This document shows, in pieces, positions 61,297-64,000 of a stretch of DNA of 64,000 nt; position 1 is the first letter of the stretch, and each line of letters starts with the position of its first letter. Position numbers and translations under genes: made by a program. The notes beneath the pieces are model-generated. The model did not search any database, had not been told where the DNA came from, and worked only from the letters and a program-made list of their open reading frames with translations. This DNA comes from an uncultured Phycisphaerales bacterium (GTDB lineage: Bacteria > Planctomycetota > Phycisphaerae > Tepidisphaerales > Tepidisphaeraceae). Where the stretch lies: assembly GCA_963758525.1 (NCBI GenBank), contig CAVWVQ010000003.1, positions 192,001 through 256,000 on the forward strand, read 5' to 3'.

Positions 61297-61917
61297 ATGG
61301 TCTCCTTCCAAAAACATCTCCGCAACACGTTCCTGGCGGGAATTTTCTCGGCGGTGCCGCTGGCCGTTACGGTCTTCATCATCTGGTGGGTCGAGTATCG
61401 CACCCGCCCCATCGCTCAGTTTCTGTTTCATCGCGACCTGCCGTTCGTCGGCGTCGCGATCGCGCTGGGCGTGATCTATGCGGCCGGACTGCTGACTTCT
61501 TCGTTCCTGGGCAAATGGATTCTCCACATCATCGACGCGCTGCTGCTGCGGCTGCCGATCATCAAGCAGATCTATCTTGGATGGAAACAAATCGCGCTCA
61601 CGCCGGGCGGGACCGAGGGCGTCTTCTCGAAAGTGGCATTGATTCCCAACGAGAGCGGCCGCACCCTGCTGCTGGGATTCACCAGCGCCCGGCCGGTTGA
61701 GGGACATCCGGATATTCTGTGCGTCTTCATTCCGTCGTGCCCCAACCCGGTGATGGGCCGGCTGTATCTCGTGCGGCGCGAGCTGTGTCAACTGGTGAAT
61801 CTCAGCACCGAGGAAGCGTTCAAGATCATCCTCTCGACGGGGAATTACGTGCCGTCGGCGCTGGGGGATGCTGCCGTGGAACTATTGAGGCAAGACGTGG
61901 AGTTGCCGCGGCTGTAA
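61297..61917 (+). CDS. DUF502 family membrane protein
   Basis: FLAG..VPLAVT, RLPIIKQIY, VFIPSCPNP.MG, EEAFKIILSTG. Confidence 0.88.
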   Translation: MVSFQKHLRNTFLAGIFSAVPLAVTVFIIWWVEYRTRPIAQFLFHRDLPFVGVAIALGVIYAAGLLTSSFLGKWILHIIDALLLRLPIIKQIYLGWKQIALTPGGTEGVFSKVALIPNESGRTLLLGFTSARPVEGHPDILCVFIPSCPNPVMGRLYLVRRELCQLVNLSTEEAFKIILSTGNYVPSALGDAAVELLRQDVELPRL

Positions 61918-61971
61918 AGGGTCCAGGGGGTCGAAGTTGTTCTTCGGCGCCGCCCATGGAACAATGATTGC

Positions 61972-62387
61972 ATGGGATTGATCAGGGCACGCATTTCACT
62001 CGCCAATCCAAAAGATCCGGGATTGTCCCCTTTCGAAACTGACGCACTGGTTGACACAGGTGCCCTGCATTTGTGCATTCCCCAGCACATTGCCGTCCAA
62101 CTGCAATTGCAGGAGATTTACAAGCGCGAGGTAACCACCGCCGACGGGCGACGAACTCTCTGCCCGTACGTCGGGCCCGTGCAGGTGACCTTCGCCAATC
62201 GAGGCTGTTTCACCGGCGCACTCGTTCTGGGCGATGAAGTTCTGCTGGGGGCCGTCCCGATGGAGGACATGGACCTGGTCATTTCACCAGCGCGGCGGCG
62301 CTTGAAGTCAATCCCGATAGTCCAAACATCCCCAGTTCGCTGGCCAAAGGCATGCATCCGCGCGTCCGCGTCGCACAGCGAAGGTGA
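61972..62387 (+). CDS. Clan AA aspartic protease (AF_0612-like), frameshift near 62295
   Basis: ALVDTGA, TADG, VLLGAVPMEDMDLV; the shifted frame gives LEVNPDSPNIPSSLAK. Confidence 0.85.
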
Positions 62388-62444
62388 CACAGCGCGCGTT
62401 GGCGACGGGGTTCAGCGCTGGCTCGGGCTTCCCAGCCGCCCCTC

Positions 62445-62810
62445 TCACGACATCGCTTTGACCAACAATTCAGCCGTGGCAAGATTCAGCGCCAGAGGCA
62501 CGTTATGCAGTCCGCAGATCCGCAGGATGGGGCCGATGTCCGGCTCATGGGCGCCGGGCGCTGGGGGTCAAAGAGGAGAATGACGCCGGCAATCTCGCCG
62601 TCGGCGACGCGCGCGGCGATTTGCAAATCGCCTCCGCTGCGGCCGGGGAGAACGCATTCAACGGGAAGGCCGGTCGCCTGGGCAATCCGGTCGCCGGTCA
62701 TTCCTGTCGCGATCAGGCTCAGACGCGAAAGCTTCGGCTGCCATCGCGCAAAAATCGATCATCTCCTTCTTTTTCTGATCGTGGGCGATGAGTGCCAGGA
62801 CCTTTTGCAT
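62445..62810 (-). CDS. mgsA: Methylglyoxal synthase (at least two frameshifts)
   Basis: LALIAHDQKK | LIATGMTG..GGDLQI..FDP | HEPD..LLRIC..HNVPLALNLATA. Confidence 0.88.
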
Positions 62811-62812
62811 GC

Positions 62813-63952
62813 TCAGCCTTTCGGCACGTCCTGGAAACACCCGGCGGCCGCTGATTTCAGCACGGCGTCGCAGACGGCGGTCGTCTCCAATGCTTCGCGG
62901 AAGGTCGGGCCGGCGGGTTTGCCGGTGCCGAGGCCGGCGAGGAAATCGGCAACTTGATGCACGAACGTATGCTCGTAACCGAGCTGCAGGCCGGGGACCC
63001 ACCAGTTCTTGATGTAGGGATGCTCGCCCTCGCTGACGTGAATCGAGCGCCAGCCGCGCAGGGCGCTTTCGTCCTTGTAATCGAACCATTGCAGGCGATG
63101 CAGATCGTGCAGATCCCAGAAGATCGAGGCGTTCTCGCCGTTGATCTCGAAGGTGTAAAGGGCCTTGTGGCCGCGGGCGTAGCGGGTGGATTCGAAGGTG
63201 GCCATCGAACCGTTTTCGAAACGGGCGAGGAACGCGCAGGCGTCGTCGATGCCGACTTTCTCCACCTTGCCGGTGAGATTGTGTTTGCGTTCCTTGACGA
63301 AGGTTTCGGTCATTCCGACAACCGATTCGATGCTCCCGTTGAGCCACAGGGCGGTGTCAATGCAGTGGGCGAGCAGGTCGCCGGTGACTCCGCTTCCCGC
63401 CGCGCCGGCGTCGAGCCGCCAAAGGGCGGCGCCGCCCTGCGGCAGATCTTTGTTGATCGTCCAATCCTGCAAAAACTTGGCGCGATAGTGGAAGATGCGA
63501 CCGAGCCGCCCCTCGTCGATCAGTTGCTTGGCAAAAGAGACCGCCGGGGCGCGGCGATAGTTGTACCAGACCATGTTCGGCACGCCCGCGGCCTCGACAG
63601 CCGCCACCATTTCGCGCCCTTCCTCCACGTTCATCGAGAGCGGCTTCTCGCAGAGCACCATCTTCCCCGCCTTTGCGGCGGCAATGGAGATTTCCTTGTG
63701 GAGATTGTTGGGAGTGCAGACGTCGACGGCATCGATGTCTTTGCGGGCGATGAGCTTCCGCCAGTCGGTCTCGATCGACTCATACCCCCACCTGGCGGCG
63801 AACTCGTTGGCCTTGGCCGAGTCGCGGCCGCTGACGGCTTTGAGAATCGGACGATAAGGCAAATCGAAAAAGTCGTTCACGCGCTTGTAAGCGTTCGAGT
63901 GCGCCCGGCCCATGAAGCCATAACCAATCAATCCGATATTCAGGTTCTTCAT
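62813..63952 (-). CDS. Gfo/Idh/MocA family oxidoreductase
   Basis: [41 protein letters not shown]. Confidence 0.93.
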   Translation of the reverse strand: MKNLNIGLIGYGFMGRAHSNAYKRVNDFFDLPYRPILKAVSGRDSAKANEFAARWGYESIETDWRKLIARKDIDAVDVCTPNNLHKEISIAAAKAGKMVLCEKPLSMNVEEGREMVAAVEAAGVPNMVWYNYRRAPAVSFAKQLIDEGRLGRIFHYRAKFLQDWTINKDLPQGGAALWRLDAGAAGSGVTGDLLAHCIDTALWLNGSIESVVGMTETFVKERKHNLTGKVEKVGIDDACAFLARFENGSMATFESTRYARGHKALYTFEINGENASIFWDLHDLHRLQWFDYKDESALRGWRSIHVSEGEHPYIKNWWVPGLQLGYEHTFVHQVADFLAGLGTGKPAGPTFREALETTAVCDAVLKSAAAGCFQDVPKG

Positions 63953-64000
63953 TCGATTGCTCCTCCGTAAATGATCCCAATCGCGAAGCGCCACGAACGG

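Noticed and set aside
61168..61791. N-terminal half of ORF 60304..61791
   Set aside because: Antisense to the DUF502 gene; the real start is probably 61167.

Overview
A GC-rich bacterial window. Its gene content (DUF1800/DUF1501 pair, LpxC-FabZ fusion, exosortase/EpsI, PQQ-propeller protein, 'CxxCGYDLRA..RCPECG' zinc-ribbon membrane proteins) suggests Planctomycetota, probably Phycisphaerae; this is inference. About 15 otherwise well-conserved genes are split by small frameshifts, which points to uncorrected long-read indels rather than mass pseudogenisation. Layout: (1) 1-12.1 kb is an accessory biosynthetic locus. Leftward are an acyltransferase-3 and a sterol-desaturase-family gene. Rightward is a tightly coupled operon: PqqD/RRE protein with its own YxxPxL leader-like tail, GT2-HPr-kinase-like fusion, GT4, four paralogous GT2s, nucleotidyltransferase and ABC exporter. 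There is no lasso cyclase, protease or radical SAM enzyme. This is the best candidate for an undescribed system. (2) 12-29 kb holds a Panacea TA pair, a HEAT-DUF2934 protein, a 24-aa Lys-rich ORF, glgP, ppk2, a GH106 hydrolase, a PQQ propeller, aroC, a vapBC-like pair and nadK. (3) 29.3-36.5 kb is a mosaic island of RAYT-like HUH transposase copies and fragments with 19-bp inverted ends, interleaved with truncated toxin-like/FN3 fragments and paralogous zinc-ribbon membrane genes, plus an IS5-family element. (4) 36.8-64 kb holds envelope and housekeeping genes, SRP RNA, gpsA, a wza-exosortase-epsI-TPR-wzc EPS locus, lpxC-fabZ/lpxA, mgsA and an oxidoreductase. Several families of REP/REPIN-like intergenic palindromes are scattered throughout.
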